Origin: Microcystaceae cyanobacterium
Lineage (GTDB): Bacteria > Cyanobacteriota > Cyanobacteriia > Cyanobacteriales > Microcystaceae
Direction of reading: 5' to 3'
DNA: 64,000 nucleotides
NCBI GenBank assembly: GCA_041746575.1
Contig: JBGTGT010000098.1
Coordinates: 96,001-160,000 of the forward strand
Both the position numbers and the translations under genes were made by a program. Position 1 is the stretch's first letter. Each line of letters starts with the position of its first letter. The notes under the pieces were generated by a model that did not search any database, was not told the DNA's origin, and worked only from the letters and a program-made list of their open reading frames with translations. Below are positions 9,337-19,218 of this stretch, in pieces.

Positions 9337-9397
9337 GTAGGGGTGCAAGGTTTGCGCCCAAAGTGCAAGGTTTGCGCCCAAAATGCAAGGTTTACGC
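9337..9397 (+). repeat. REP-like hairpin GTAGGGGTGCAAGGTTTGCGCCC, expanded to about three tandem 20-nt units
   Basis: GTGCAAGGTTTGCGCCCAAA twice plus a partial third copy; related copies at 58307 and 60122. Confidence 0.8.
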
Positions 9398-10221
9398 TAA
9401 TTATTAATGATTGTATTTAAGCTTTTTAAAAGAGTTTCGAGGGGAATTGCCCAACTATATTGACTCATCTCTTGTTTTTCCGTTAAGGATGCCCGTGTTC
9501 CGTCTGTAAACACATAAGGATTCCCCCACAGCGGATATTTATGAATGCCGTTAATGCCAATAATTTCGCCAAATTGATTAAATAGCGCACCACCGCTCAT
9601 GCCTTTTCGTACCGTACTCGTATAGCCAATTTGATAACCTCCCGCAAAGGGTTTAGGACTCCATTGACTGATAATTCCCGGATTGAGGACGAATTGCCCC
9701 CTAGAATCTCCATCATCCTCTACGGGAAACCCTGCCGCAAATACCGGTTCACCCCTTTGTGGTTGACTTGAAACGAATAAAGACGCAACCGAATAGGAGA
9801 GAGGACTGGTAAAAGTGACTAGGGCTAAATCTTGATCTCGAAAATTAACGTTTTTTAGGACATTTGCCGGATGAACTTGACCGTCGGGGGTGACGATTCG
9901 ATAATTTTGTTGAGGTTCACCATAAATCATAACATGACGATTTGTTACGACCATATAACGGTTACCCCTTTGTTGAATAATAATCCCTGATCCCCACGTT
10001 TGGCCGGATAAGACTTTGACAGTTACCCTTCTGGCGGTTTGATAAATCTCATTCTGCTCAAATATAGGGGGGAATCGTGGGGAGGGAGAGGTTAAAGAAC
10101 GGGATGGAAACGGTTCATCCATTGGCGTATCGCTAAAATCAAGGGGTTCTTCAATCGCACACCCCGGATTGAAAGATAAAAACGACCAACCCATGAGGAA
10201 TAAAACCTTTTGCCATTTCAT
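9397..10221 (-). CDS. Trypsin-like (S1) serine protease
   Basis: WGSGII, VTNRHV, DLAL and GMSGG catalytic motifs; signal peptide; adjacent to a COP23 gene, a common cyanobacterial pairing. Confidence 0.9.
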   Translation of the reverse strand: MKWQKVLFLMGWSFLSFNPGCAIEEPLDFSDTPMDEPFPSRSLTSPSPRFPPIFEQNEIYQTARRVTVKVLSGQTWGSGIIIQQRGNRYMVVTNRHVMIYGEPQQNYRIVTPDGQVHPANVLKNVNFRDQDLALVTFTSPLSYSVASLFVSSQPQRGEPVFAAGFPVEDDGDSRGQFVLNPGIISQWSPKPFAGGYQIGYTSTVRKGMSGGALFNQFGEIIGINGIHKYPLWGNPYVFTDGTRASLTEKQEMSQYSWAIPLETLLKSLNTIINN

Positions 10222-10339
10222 TTGTCCTTTTTCTCCCCATACCCGTAAATTAACTGAACCAGCCGTTAGCTTTCTTTCCTTGATCTGAAGGTAGGGAATA
10301 AGGACTGAAACCTTCTCCCTAACTTAATAATACGGCCGC

Positions 10340-10981
10340 TTACCAACGAGGTACTTGCGGGGAGTCTGTAGGAGGATTCTGGGGATTAAAGATGCCAGAA
10401 GGACGATTTTCAGGTTGGGTAGGTTGAACGGCTTCAGGGGTAGAATTTTGCAGATATTCTTTCAAGTTTAGGGTCATTGTGCCATTAGCATTTCGGGATA
10501 AGGCACGACTCGGAGTGGCAGGAGATGAGGTACTTGGACTGAGTTGAAAAGAAGGACCTCCAGCACCTGAGCGATTATTTTCGATCTCTTGCAGAACTTG
10601 GTTCGGATTTTGACCGGGTTTGAGGGTAATTAAGACATTATCCTGACTACAGCTTTGGCCGGCACAAATCACCGGTTGACGATTAACTACGCCACTGGTG
10701 AGATAATCTAAGCGTCCAGCAGAATAAAAACGATTCATGCGATCGGATACTTCAGAACAACGGCGAGCAGGGGTATAAGGCGGACGAAAAAAATTAGAAG
10801 TCCATTTGAAGACGGGAATATTACCGTCGGGAGTTTGAGCGTAGGTAGTAGGAGTGTTACTACTATCGCCATTGCAGATAAAGCTGATCGATTGCGCTTG
10901 AGCAGGACGTAGAGGATTCAAAGAGCCTAAAACGATTAGGGTTAAGACCGATAGAGACAATTTCATAGACATAAAAATCAC
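10340..10981 (-). CDS. COP23 domain-containing protein
   Basis: Signal peptide; FIC...PTTYA...PVFKWTS.FF...YTPARRCSEVSDR...YLTSGVVNRQPVICA...LITL pattern. Confidence 0.88.
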   Translation of the reverse strand: MIFMSMKLSLSVLTLIVLGSLNPLRPAQAQSISFICNGDSSNTPTTYAQTPDGNIPVFKWTSNFFRPPYTPARRCSEVSDRMNRFYSAGRLDYLTSGVVNRQPVICAGQSCSQDNVLITLKPGQNPNQVLQEIENNRSGAGGPSFQLSPSTSSPATPSRALSRNANGTMTLNLKEYLQNSTPEAVQPTQPENRPSGIFNPQNPPTDSPQVPRW

Positions 10982-11200
10982 TTCTCCTTAAAGTAGTTAA
11001 AGTAAAATGACGCAGGATAGACTTGCACTGATCCCAGTCTAGTAGAACAGAAAGATGAATTAATTTGATGGTAAAGTACTTGTTTCGTTTTTGAGTCTCT
11101 CTAGGGTTCACTTTAGGAACTGTCAAGCTATCCGAGTCTAAGGGATTGAGGTTTTTTCTCCCTTATGGCATAAGAGAGGGTTTATTCCTTCAGTCCCATT

Positions 11201-13180
11201 TTATCCCCATTCTTCAGGGAAAGCAGGAATTGAATCAATAAGTTTATTGGTATAAGCACTGTTTTGATTTCGCTCATTAATAATTTTGTAGGCGGGTTTT
11301 ACTTCAGGATTTTCGACCGCTTTTCCGTCTTTCATCACTAAAATGCGATCGCTCATAAATCTGACGACACTTAAATCATGGGAAATAAAAATATACGTTA
11401 AGTTTTCTTCTTTTTGCAGTTGTTTTAATAAGTTCAATACTTCTGCTTGAATCGAAACATCTAGAGCAGAAACGGATTCATCACAGATAATTAAACTGGG
11501 TCTTAAGGCTAAAGCGCGTGCAATACAAACCCGTTGTCTTTGTCCCCCCGATAATTCGTGGGGATAACGATTAAAAAAGGACGCATCTAACCCCACTTTA
11601 TTGAGTAAATCTTTTGCTTCTGTCTCTCTATTTTTTATGAATTTACGATGAATAATCATGGGTTCTATGAGGGTTGCTCCAATCGTAATCCTCGGATTCA
11701 AAGAATTATAAGGATTTTGAAATATAATTTGAATTTTGCGCCGTAAATCTCGTAATCTTTTATCTCTTAAACTTAACTGAGATAAATGAATATAATTGCC
11801 GACTTCTTGATCGTAAAAGTTGATTAATCCTTCTGAAGGAATTAAGCGTAAAATCGCACGCGCTAAGGTCGATTTACCACAACCTGATTCTCCAACTAAG
11901 CCTAAGGTTTCTCCTTGATAAACATCAAAACTAATGTTATTTACTGCTTTTTTGAGAGTTTTCTGCTTGAGAAATCCTGATTTTTGGTAGATAACCGAAA
12001 GCTGAGCAACTTTCAAAATAATTTGACTATTTTGGGACGCTACTAAGCGGTGAATTCGGCTCATTTCTTCGGGAAGAGAAATCACTTTATATTGCTGGAG
12101 ATCGTTGGCTTTACTGGTAATGTTAACAATATTATTTTTCTCATCTCTGGTGACTTCCATAAAATCGGAAACAATGGGTAATTTATCCAGCTTAATCTTT
12201 AATCGAGGACGACAGGCTAATAATCCTTTTGTATAGGGATCTTGAGGGGGAGTTGCAAAAATCCCTTGATGATTATCGCTATTCATTTGCTTAAATTCTC
12301 GTTCTTCTCCTTGATACATAACTAAGACAGAATCGGCAATTTGATTAATTACTCCTAAGTCGTGAGAAATAAAAATCATTGCCATATCTCGGTGGGTTTT
12401 ACAAAGCTTTTTAAGTAAGTCAAGAATTTCGTTTTGTGTAGTAACATCTAAAGCAGTGGTGGGTTCGTCGGCAATTAGAATACTGGGATCACAAGAGATA
12501 GCCATGGCAATCATAACCCGTTGTAATTGTCCACCTGAAAGTTCGTGGGGGAATTTATTGAGTAATTTATCTTCCTGTTCTTTTTGATATGTTTTAAAGG
12601 AAATTTTAGGTTTTATGGGAGAGGTGTATTCTTGTTGATACTCGATTTCTAGTTTTTCTAGACTGGGAAACAAAGTCACTTCTCTGAGGCAATTGATCGC
12701 TTGCACTTTGGCTTGTTCTAGGGTAACATTTTGATGTAATTTAACGGCTTCTATTAACTGAAAACCAATCGTATAAACGGGGTTGAATGCACTCATGGGT
12801 TCTTGAAAAATCATGGCAATTTTTCCCCCTCGATAGCGTATTTTTTGTCGTTCTCTTAAGGTTAACAGATCGACGAACTGGGACATTTCTCGGTATTTTT
12901 TGTCTATCTCTAGTCTTTGTAATTCTTCTCTGGTAAAATGACAATTAATTGTACCATTTGTAATTTGACCGACGGCGGGAATTAATCCCATAATGCCTAA
13001 GGCAGTAATCGATTTTCCGGAGCCAGATTCCCCAACAATTCCTAATATTTCTCCCCTTCTGAGGATAAAATTAAGTCCTTTAACGACAGGTTTGAGGGTA
13101 TTTTGTTCTTCGTGGGGAAAAGCGATCGCAAGGTTTTCAACTTGGAGAATCACGTCTGCTTCAGCCAAAAAATCGTTCAT
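11201..13180 (-). CDS. Oligopeptide/dipeptide ABC transporter ATP-binding protein (fused DppD/DppF type)
   Basis: Two ABC domains: GESGSGKS / FPHELSGGQLQR and GESGCGKS / YPHELSGGQRQR. Confidence 0.93.
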   Translation of the reverse strand: MNDFLAEADVILQVENLAIAFPHEEQNTLKPVVKGLNFILRRGEILGIVGESGSGKSITALGIMGLIPAVGQITNGTINCHFTREELQRLEIDKKYREMSQFVDLLTLRERQKIRYRGGKIAMIFQEPMSAFNPVYTIGFQLIEAVKLHQNVTLEQAKVQAINCLREVTLFPSLEKLEIEYQQEYTSPIKPKISFKTYQKEQEDKLLNKFPHELSGGQLQRVMIAMAISCDPSILIADEPTTALDVTTQNEILDLLKKLCKTHRDMAMIFISHDLGVINQIADSVLVMYQGEEREFKQMNSDNHQGIFATPPQDPYTKGLLACRPRLKIKLDKLPIVSDFMEVTRDEKNNIVNITSKANDLQQYKVISLPEEMSRIHRLVASQNSQIILKVAQLSVIYQKSGFLKQKTLKKAVNNISFDVYQGETLGLVGESGCGKSTLARAILRLIPSEGLINFYDQEVGNYIHLSQLSLRDKRLRDLRRKIQIIFQNPYNSLNPRITIGATLIEPMIIHRKFIKNRETEAKDLLNKVGLDASFFNRYPHELSGGQRQRVCIARALALRPSLIICDESVSALDVSIQAEVLNLLKQLQKEENLTYIFISHDLSVVRFMSDRILVMKDGKAVENPEVKPAYKIINERNQNSAYTNKLIDSIPAFPEEWG

Positions 13181-13379
13181 AGGGGAAATTGAGGGATTAA
13201 TCTTGATTTTTTAGTATAACTTCTGTTTACGTTAATTGAAAAAAGATCGGTCAATTAAAGTAGCGATCGCTCGTCTAACAAATGTGGATTCAGGCGTTCT
13301 GATTAAGTACTTAAGGTCAAAAAATAAAGCTTTATGCCAGTATTTTTTCTGCCTTTTGATGGTTTAATCTGCTTTATAT

Positions 13380-13724
13380 CTAAAGACGATAGGCTACAGC
13401 GACGAATTGAGTCCGAAAGGCATTATAAAGACTTGCTGGGTTATTTTCATAAATTTGGAGATCTATCCTTGTATTTTTGACTTTTTCTCCATTTATAGTT
13501 AAAAAGGTGTCACTGAGGTTATCAAGTATCATTAAGCTGGCTATTTTGTCGGTATCTGCAGGATCAAGTGTTCTCAGCCTTGAGGGAGTACCGATGGTCT
13601 GGCGATCGCTTTTATTGATTGTTTGCTCGGGATTAAAAGTGCTTTGAAACGGAACGTAACTGAATAACCCAAGGCAAATTATACTCAAAAAAATTACCCT
13701 TATCCGTCGTTGTCTAAGCCTCAT
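13380..13724 (-). pseudogene. Truncated peptide ABC substrate-binding protein remnant
   Basis: Signal-like N-terminus then IGTPSRLRTLDPAD...ILDNLSDT, typical of the family-5 SBP N-terminus, but only 114 aa; sits upstream of the peptide ABC ATPase. Confidence 0.6.
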
Positions 13725-13885
13725 CTTATTTTCTCAAGTTGGATTGATTATTTCTTCTATTTTAAGGGGTATATTTAAAGCAACATCCTCAACAGATGAA
13801 ACTTGTGATGCTTAATTTCGTCGGAAAGACAGATGGTTCAACCGTTGATATACTAATTAGCACTAGACTTAAGGGATTCAAGGTT

Positions 13886-14797
13886 ATGGGAATTGTAATT
13901 AGTACCGTTAATATGAAAGGGGGGGTTGGCAAAACCACGTTAACCGTTAATTTAGCAACTTGTTTAACAAAATTTTATAATAAACGGGTGTTAGTTCTCG
14001 ATTTGGATGCTCAAATTAGTGCAACCCTCAGTTTAATGTCTCCTCATAATTATGCCGTCACTCGCAAAAAACGTCGGACTTTAAGTTACTTATTGGACAG
14101 TATTATTCAACCGAATCCCTATCGCAAATTAACTATTCACGATATTATTTGTAGCAACGTTTGTGAGGTTAATAATCTTGATTTATTGCCGGGCGATATT
14201 GAGTTATATGATGAATATGTAGTTTCTCAAACACTTCACGAACAATCTCTTTTGAAAGGAATGCCGAGTTTTGAAACGGTCTGGACAAACTTTGAAAAAG
14301 TTTTAGTCAAAAAAATTTTAGATCCCATTATTGAAGAATACGATTTTATTATTATGGATTGTGCGCCGGGCTATAATTTATTAACCCGTAGTGCGATCGC
14401 CGCCAGTGATGGTTATTTGCTTCCTGCGCGCCCTGAACCTTTATCAATTGTTGGAATGCAATTACTAGAAAGACGGATTGCCAAGTTAAAAGAAAGTCAT
14501 CAATCGGAACATTTAGATAATTTACAATTGTTGGGAATTGTTTTTATTCTTTCGGGTGGGGGTTTACTGAGTCGTTATTATAGCCGCGTAATGCGACGAG
14601 TTCAAGATGATTTTCCGCCGCAAAAGTTATTTAATACGACTATTCCTATGGATGTAAATGTAGCCAAAGCAGTTGATTTATTTCAACCGGTTGTTGCTGC
14701 CATGCCGAGTTCTACCGGCTCTAAAGCATTTATTAAATTAACTGAAGAATTTTTACAAAAAACGCAAAATTTACCCATTGAAAATGAGGGTGAATAA
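13886..14797 (+). CDS. ParA/Soj family ATPase
   Basis: Deviant Walker A NMKGGVGKTT, LDLDAQ, DCAPG; likely start MGIVIS at 13886. Confidence 0.92.
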   Translation: MGIVISTVNMKGGVGKTTLTVNLATCLTKFYNKRVLVLDLDAQISATLSLMSPHNYAVTRKKRRTLSYLLDSIIQPNPYRKLTIHDIICSNVCEVNNLDLLPGDIELYDEYVVSQTLHEQSLLKGMPSFETVWTNFEKVLVKKILDPIIEEYDFIIMDCAPGYNLLTRSAIAASDGYLLPARPEPLSIVGMQLLERRIAKLKESHQSEHLDNLQLLGIVFILSGGGLLSRYYSRVMRRVQDDFPPQKLFNTTIPMDVNVAKAVDLFQPVVAAMPSSTGSKAFIKLTEEFLQKTQNLPIENEGE

Positions 14798-15116
14798 TTG
14801 ATCCTTTCTCGATTACGAAACGCAACAATTAAAAGCTAATTTAGCAATTTGGAAATCAGGATCGCTGAGGATACGTCTATCACTATAAATCCTAAAGATC
14901 CACTGTCTGTAGCCAGATTAAATTTATCAATTTATTAAGCATAAAATTGCAGAAATTAGAGATGAATCTCAGCGAAATACCTCAAAGATGACTCTATCGT
15001 TAATTTGAACTTTAGTCGATGACTTATAACAAATGGTAGAAATATCAGCGATTACCTTTACATTTTCTGATACTCACGATTATAATAAGGGCGAAACTTT
15101 AGCAAATGGATAAAAA

Positions 15117-15680
15117 ATGCGACTTTTTTCTCGTTCTTTCGGATTAGTCCTGCCAATCCTTAGTGTATTTGCCCTTACAGCTTACAATACGATGGCGCAA
15201 TCGGAGACTTTCGCCCAAGTCCCCAATCCCATTCCCACCAAAGTCCCTAATCCAGTTCCTACCCAAGTCCCCAATCCCCTCGAAAATTTAACGCCTACGC
15301 CGACTTCCTCCCCTTCGCCGATGACAGATACAGATATGTCAACTTCTGAAGATAAGGATACCACCGCCTCAGAAATTACTATCACTCCTTCATTAACCGC
15401 CGAACAAAAGGCGAAAATGCAGGTAATTGATGCTAACTATGATCCCAAGATCAAAGCCGCTTTAGAAAGCTACGAGATGAGTAAAAAAGCTTTTGACAGT
15501 TTAGTGGGTACAAATCCCCCGACAGAAGCCCTCCGTCAAAAGTACACCCAATTAGCTGATGACCGACGCCAATTATCTGATTTATTATTTGGTCAGATGA
15601 TGGATATGCGGGAGATTCTCACGGAAGAGCAAAAAGCATCTTTATCTGACGAAATTCGCCGAGTTTTAGCAGAAAAGTAA
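15117..15680 (+). CDS. Spy/CpxP-family periplasmic chaperone with Pro-rich repeats
   Basis: Signal peptide, (Q/K)VPNPxPT repeats, two LTxEQ motifs (LTAEQK, ILTEEQK). Confidence 0.82.
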   Translation: MRLFSRSFGLVLPILSVFALTAYNTMAQSETFAQVPNPIPTKVPNPVPTQVPNPLENLTPTPTSSPSPMTDTDMSTSEDKDTTASEITITPSLTAEQKAKMQVIDANYDPKIKAALESYEMSKKAFDSLVGTNPPTEALRQKYTQLADDRRQLSDLLFGQMMDMREILTEEQKASLSDEIRRVLAEK

Positions 15681-15736
15681 CTTGATGAGTAAAAGGATGG
15701 GTTTTTCTGACCTCTCCTTTTATTGGCTATTTCGCA

Positions 15737-16165
15737 TTAAGTTGTAGTGCAGTAATTGTGTCCGAACCACACCCCTAAAGTGAGAGATTCCCCTCGGTAA
15801 GCTTTGACTTTCTCTATATCCATGAGATAAACCCACGCTCGTCCGAGTGATTGATGATTTTTGGGGTTATACACCTCGATTAAAACTCGATAATACTCAT
15901 TTTCTGTGAATCTTCCCTGAGAATTATAAGTTTCTAAGATATCCATTTGAGACAAAACCGTTCTATCCTCAAAGATTAATAAGTATCCTTGTATTTTATT
16001 GTTACCCTGTGTCATCGCGGGATATCCTAAGGCTCTCAAGTGGTAAATTTCCCCCCAAGCGTAAGCTTTGATGGCTTTAATGACTTTTTCAGCACAGTAA
16101 GCCGTATAATTTGCTTCTCCCGGTTTCAATGTGCCATAAACAAAAACATTTAACGGTTGACGCAT
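15737..16165 (-). CDS. Gamma-glutamylcyclotransferase family protein
   Basis: VFVYGTLKPGEANY, GYPAM and AWVY motifs; start MRQPLN at 16165 (the longer ORF overlaps bciB). Confidence 0.9.
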   Translation of the reverse strand: MRQPLNVFVYGTLKPGEANYTAYCAEKVIKAIKAYAWGEIYHLRALGYPAMTQGNNKIQGYLLIFEDRTVLSQMDILETYNSQGRFTENEYYRVLIEVYNPKNHQSLGRAWVYLMDIEKVKAYRGESLTLGVWFGHNYCTTT

Positions 16166-16360
16166 TATCTTTAATCCGACTCTACTCAAATTGATTCTTC
16201 GCCGATTGCCTTGAGCAAGACACCTTTGAAATTTAAGGGGCAAACTTTCTTGAAAGCTAGAAAAGTTAAGTTTTGCAACAGTCCCACAAGGGTCAGCCAG
16301 ACAATTATAAAGTAATCTAAAGAACTGTCTAACTGCAAAATCATCATCAATCAACCCGTT

Positions 16361-17554
16361 ATGACTGCTGTTGCGCCCCATTATAAAGCCAAAAAACTCA
16401 ACCCCAATAGTCGTCGTCCTGCTAAAGCGTTGTGCAGTGAATGCGGACTGTGTGACACTTACTATATTCACTACGTTAAAGAAGCCTGTGCTTTCCTAAA
16501 TCAGCAAATTGCCGAATTAGAACAAATCGCCCACGGAAAAACCCGAAATTTAGAGGAAGAAGACGATTTATACTTTGGGGTTCATACCCAGATGATGTCT
16601 GCACGGAAACAGCAACCGATTGAAGGCGCACAATGGACAGGCATTGTCAGTACCATCGCCATCGAAATGTTGACACAGGGCAAAGTAGAAGGGGTTATTT
16701 GTGTCCAAAACACCGAAGAAGATCGTTTTCAGCCAAAACCCATCTTAGCCACGACTCCTGCGGAAATTTTGGGGGCTAGAGTCAATAAACCAACCCTTTC
16801 GCCCAATTTATCTGTCTTAGAATTAGTCGAAAAATCAAGAATGAAGCGATTATTGGTGATTGGCGTGGGTTGTCAGATTCAAGCGTTAAGAAGCGTCGAA
16901 AAGCAACTCGGTTTAGAAAAACTCTATGTTTTGGGGACACCCTGTGTGGATAATGTGACGCGGGAAGGGTTACAAAAATTTCTCGAAACGACAAGTAAAT
17001 CCCATAATACTGTGGTTCATTACGAATTTATGCAGGATTTTCGGGTACATTTTAAGCATGAAGATGGTTCAAGCGAAACAGTTCCTTTTTTTGGCTTAAA
17101 AACCAATCAACTCAAAGATGTGTTTGCTCCTTCTTGTATGAGTTGTTTCGATTATGTCAATTCCCTCGCCGATATTGTGGTGGGATATATGGGTGCGCCC
17201 TTTGGTTGGCAATGGATTGTCGTTCGCAATGAAAAAGGGCAAGAAATGTTAGACATCGTGCAAAATCAATTAGAAACGCAATCCGTAACCACTCAGGGTA
17301 ATCGTAAAGCGGCCGTACAAAAGAGCATCCCTGCTTACGATAAGGGGATAACCTTACCTATGTGGGCGGCAAAGTTAATGGGAGTGGTTATTGAAAAAAT
17401 CGGGCCCAAAGGATTGGAATATGCTCGTTTTTCTATTGATTCTCACTACACCCGCAATTATCTCTATGTCAAACGCAATTATCCCGAAAAATTAGCAGCT
17501 CATGTGCCAGATTATGCTCAAAAGATTGTCAGTCAGTATCAATTGCCGGATTAA
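16361..17554 (+). CDS. bciB: Ferredoxin-dependent 3,8-divinyl chlorophyllide reductase (FrhB-like, slr1923/CvrA type)
   Basis: RPAKALCSECGLCDT, GAQWTGIVS, GVGCQ, LGTPCVDN, SCMSCFDY motifs. Confidence 0.92.
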   Translation: MTAVAPHYKAKKLNPNSRRPAKALCSECGLCDTYYIHYVKEACAFLNQQIAELEQIAHGKTRNLEEEDDLYFGVHTQMMSARKQQPIEGAQWTGIVSTIAIEMLTQGKVEGVICVQNTEEDRFQPKPILATTPAEILGARVNKPTLSPNLSVLELVEKSRMKRLLVIGVGCQIQALRSVEKQLGLEKLYVLGTPCVDNVTREGLQKFLETTSKSHNTVVHYEFMQDFRVHFKHEDGSSETVPFFGLKTNQLKDVFAPSCMSCFDYVNSLADIVVGYMGAPFGWQWIVVRNEKGQEMLDIVQNQLETQSVTTQGNRKAAVQKSIPAYDKGITLPMWAAKLMGVVIEKIGPKGLEYARFSIDSHYTRNYLYVKRNYPEKLAAHVPDYAQKIVSQYQLPD

Positions 17555-17589
17555 AAACGTATCCGATCACCCCTAAATATGATGTAAAT

Positions 17590-17718
17590 CACCGTCACTC
17601 CCTAATCTAAGATTTAGACTAAAGATAACGCTAAAAACGCTCTCTTTTTAGCGCAAAATAAATTCATAAATCTCCTGCTTTCTCCTGCTATGACCCCTTG
17701 AATACGAAGGGGTTTTTT
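17590..17718 (+). ncRNA. Candidate sRNA
   Basis: TATGAT -10 at 17578; 9-bp stem 17629-17653; two TCTCCTGCT repeats; strong terminator. Confidence 0.35.
17693..17718 (+). terminator. Rho-independent terminator
   Basis: ACCCCTT-gaatacg-AAGGGGT followed by TTTTT. Confidence 0.8.
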
Positions 17719-17743
17719 CATATTTAAAATAACTGATTAAAAA

Positions 17744-17908
17744 AACGTGAGTTCGACGAGGGCAATTATCTCAATTTTTTTGTCCATCCTCGTTGGGATT
17801 AGGAAAAGAAAAACAAATTCTTGATTGGGGGACTAGCCCCCCAAGCCCCCTGCACAAAAAAATTAAAGAAAGAAGTCTCGTAGATTTTCGGATGGTCGAA
17901 TTCACGTT
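17744..17908. mobile_element. MITE-like element, copy 1
   Basis: Terminal inverted repeats AACGTGAGTTCGAC / GTCGAATTCACGTT; no coding capacity; inverted homologous copy at 47828-47987. Confidence 0.8.
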
Positions 17909-18051
17909 AAAATAAAGTCAGGCAGACGTAATTATTGTGGGGCAGGGCATAAATTGATGATGATGGGTGCATTTTCCGAAAAATTTGCCGAATTTTATTT
18001 TGATTGCCTCATTGACATTTATAATCTATAATTCGTAATTTATCATTCATT

Positions 18052-19218
18052 ATGCTGAAGCCGCTTAAAATTATTAATGCACGCTTGCCGGGATATAGCG
18101 AACAACAGCAGATCATTATTGATGAACAGAGATTCATTAAAGATATTTTGGTTAATACAAGCAATTCTTACGCTAATTTACCGATTTTAGATATAGAGGG
18201 AGATTGGCTGTCGTTAGGGGGGGTGGATTTACAGATTAATGGCGGTTTAGGTCTCGCTTTTCCTGATTTAAGAGCAAAAAACATCAGTTATCTTCATAAA
18301 ATTGCCACCTTTCTCTGGGAAAATGGCGTAGATGCGTTTTTGCCGACGCTTGTGACTACTTCTGTCAACAATATTCATCAATCCTTAAGCGTAATTGAGG
18401 ATTTTATGGCAATTCAAGCCTCTGACCCTACAAAATCAGCGAAAATCTTAGGGGCTCATCTCGAAGGCCCCTTTCTCAACCACGAAAAGCGCGGGGCGCA
18501 TCCCTCGCAACACCTTTTAACCCCTAGCTTAGAAACGGTACAATGGATACTTGATCGCTATGCTAATGTCGTAAAAATTATTACCCTTGCTCCAGAACTC
18601 GATCTTACTGGAGAAGTTATTCCTTATCTGCGATCACTGGGTATTATCGTCAGTTTAGGTCATTCTCAAGCCTCGGTCAAGGAAGCAAGACAAGCTTTTG
18701 CCTTAGGAGCTACCATGGTGACTCATGCCTTTAATGCTATGCCTCCTTTACATCATCGTCGTCCGGGGTTGCTAGGAGAAGCTATTTTACAAGAGGGTGT
18801 GTATTGTGGTGTTATTGCCGACGGGCAGCACGTCAGCCCCTTAATGATTAATATTTTACTTCGAGCAAGCCATTACGAGCAAGGCGTTTTTCTCGTCAGC
18901 GATGCCTTAGCTCCTATCGGCTTAGAGGATGGCATTTATCCGTGGGATAACCGTCAAATGGAAGTGAAAAACGGCACGGCGCGACTGGCAGATAAAACCC
19001 TAGCAGGGACAACGTTATCCCTCTTGGTGGGGGCGCAAAATTTAGTAAAATGGGGAGTATGTGAAATTGAACAAGCGATCGCTTTAGCCACTGAAGCCCC
19101 TCGTAAGGCGTTAGGGTTAAAAGGATTAAGCATTGGACAGTCTGCCAATTTCCTTCGTTGGCAAACAGAGAAATCGGGCTTAAACTGGCAACGTTTAACG
19201 ATAAATAGTGACCTTTAG
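18052..19218 (+). CDS. nagA: N-acetylglucosamine-6-phosphate deacetylase
   Basis: GGVDLQING, HLEGPFLN..KRGAH, TLAPE, SLGHS, THAFNAM, IADGQHV motifs. Confidence 0.96.
   Translation: MLKPLKIINARLPGYSEQQQIIIDEQRFIKDILVNTSNSYANLPILDIEGDWLSLGGVDLQINGGLGLAFPDLRAKNISYLHKIATFLWENGVDAFLPTLVTTSVNNIHQSLSVIEDFMAIQASDPTKSAKILGAHLEGPFLNHEKRGAHPSQHLLTPSLETVQWILDRYANVVKIITLAPELDLTGEVIPYLRSLGIIVSLGHSQASVKEARQAFALGATMVTHAFNAMPPLHHRRPGLLGEAILQEGVYCGVIADGQHVSPLMINILLRASHYEQGVFLVSDALAPIGLEDGIYPWDNRQMEVKNGTARLADKTLAGTTLSLLVGAQNLVKWGVCEIEQAIALATEAPRKALGLKGLSIGQSANFLRWQTEKSGLNWQRLTINSDL

Noticed and set aside
9122..9396. Hidden lasso precursor or PqqD/B1 gene upstream of B2
   Set aside because: No suitable minus-strand ORF with an RBS seen; the region holds the shared promoter element and repeats
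9343..9397. Possible CRISPR array (20-nt direct repeats)
   Set aside because: Repeats are head-to-tail with no spacers and no cas genes; they match dispersed REP-like hairpins
15215..15280. CCCCAAT-type STRR repeat
   Set aside because: 24-nt period encoding VPNPxPT repeats within the Spy-like protein; a coding repeat
16166..16471. N-terminal extension of the 244-aa GGCT ORF
   Set aside because: It overlaps bciB antisense; family motifs start only at Met103 (16165)
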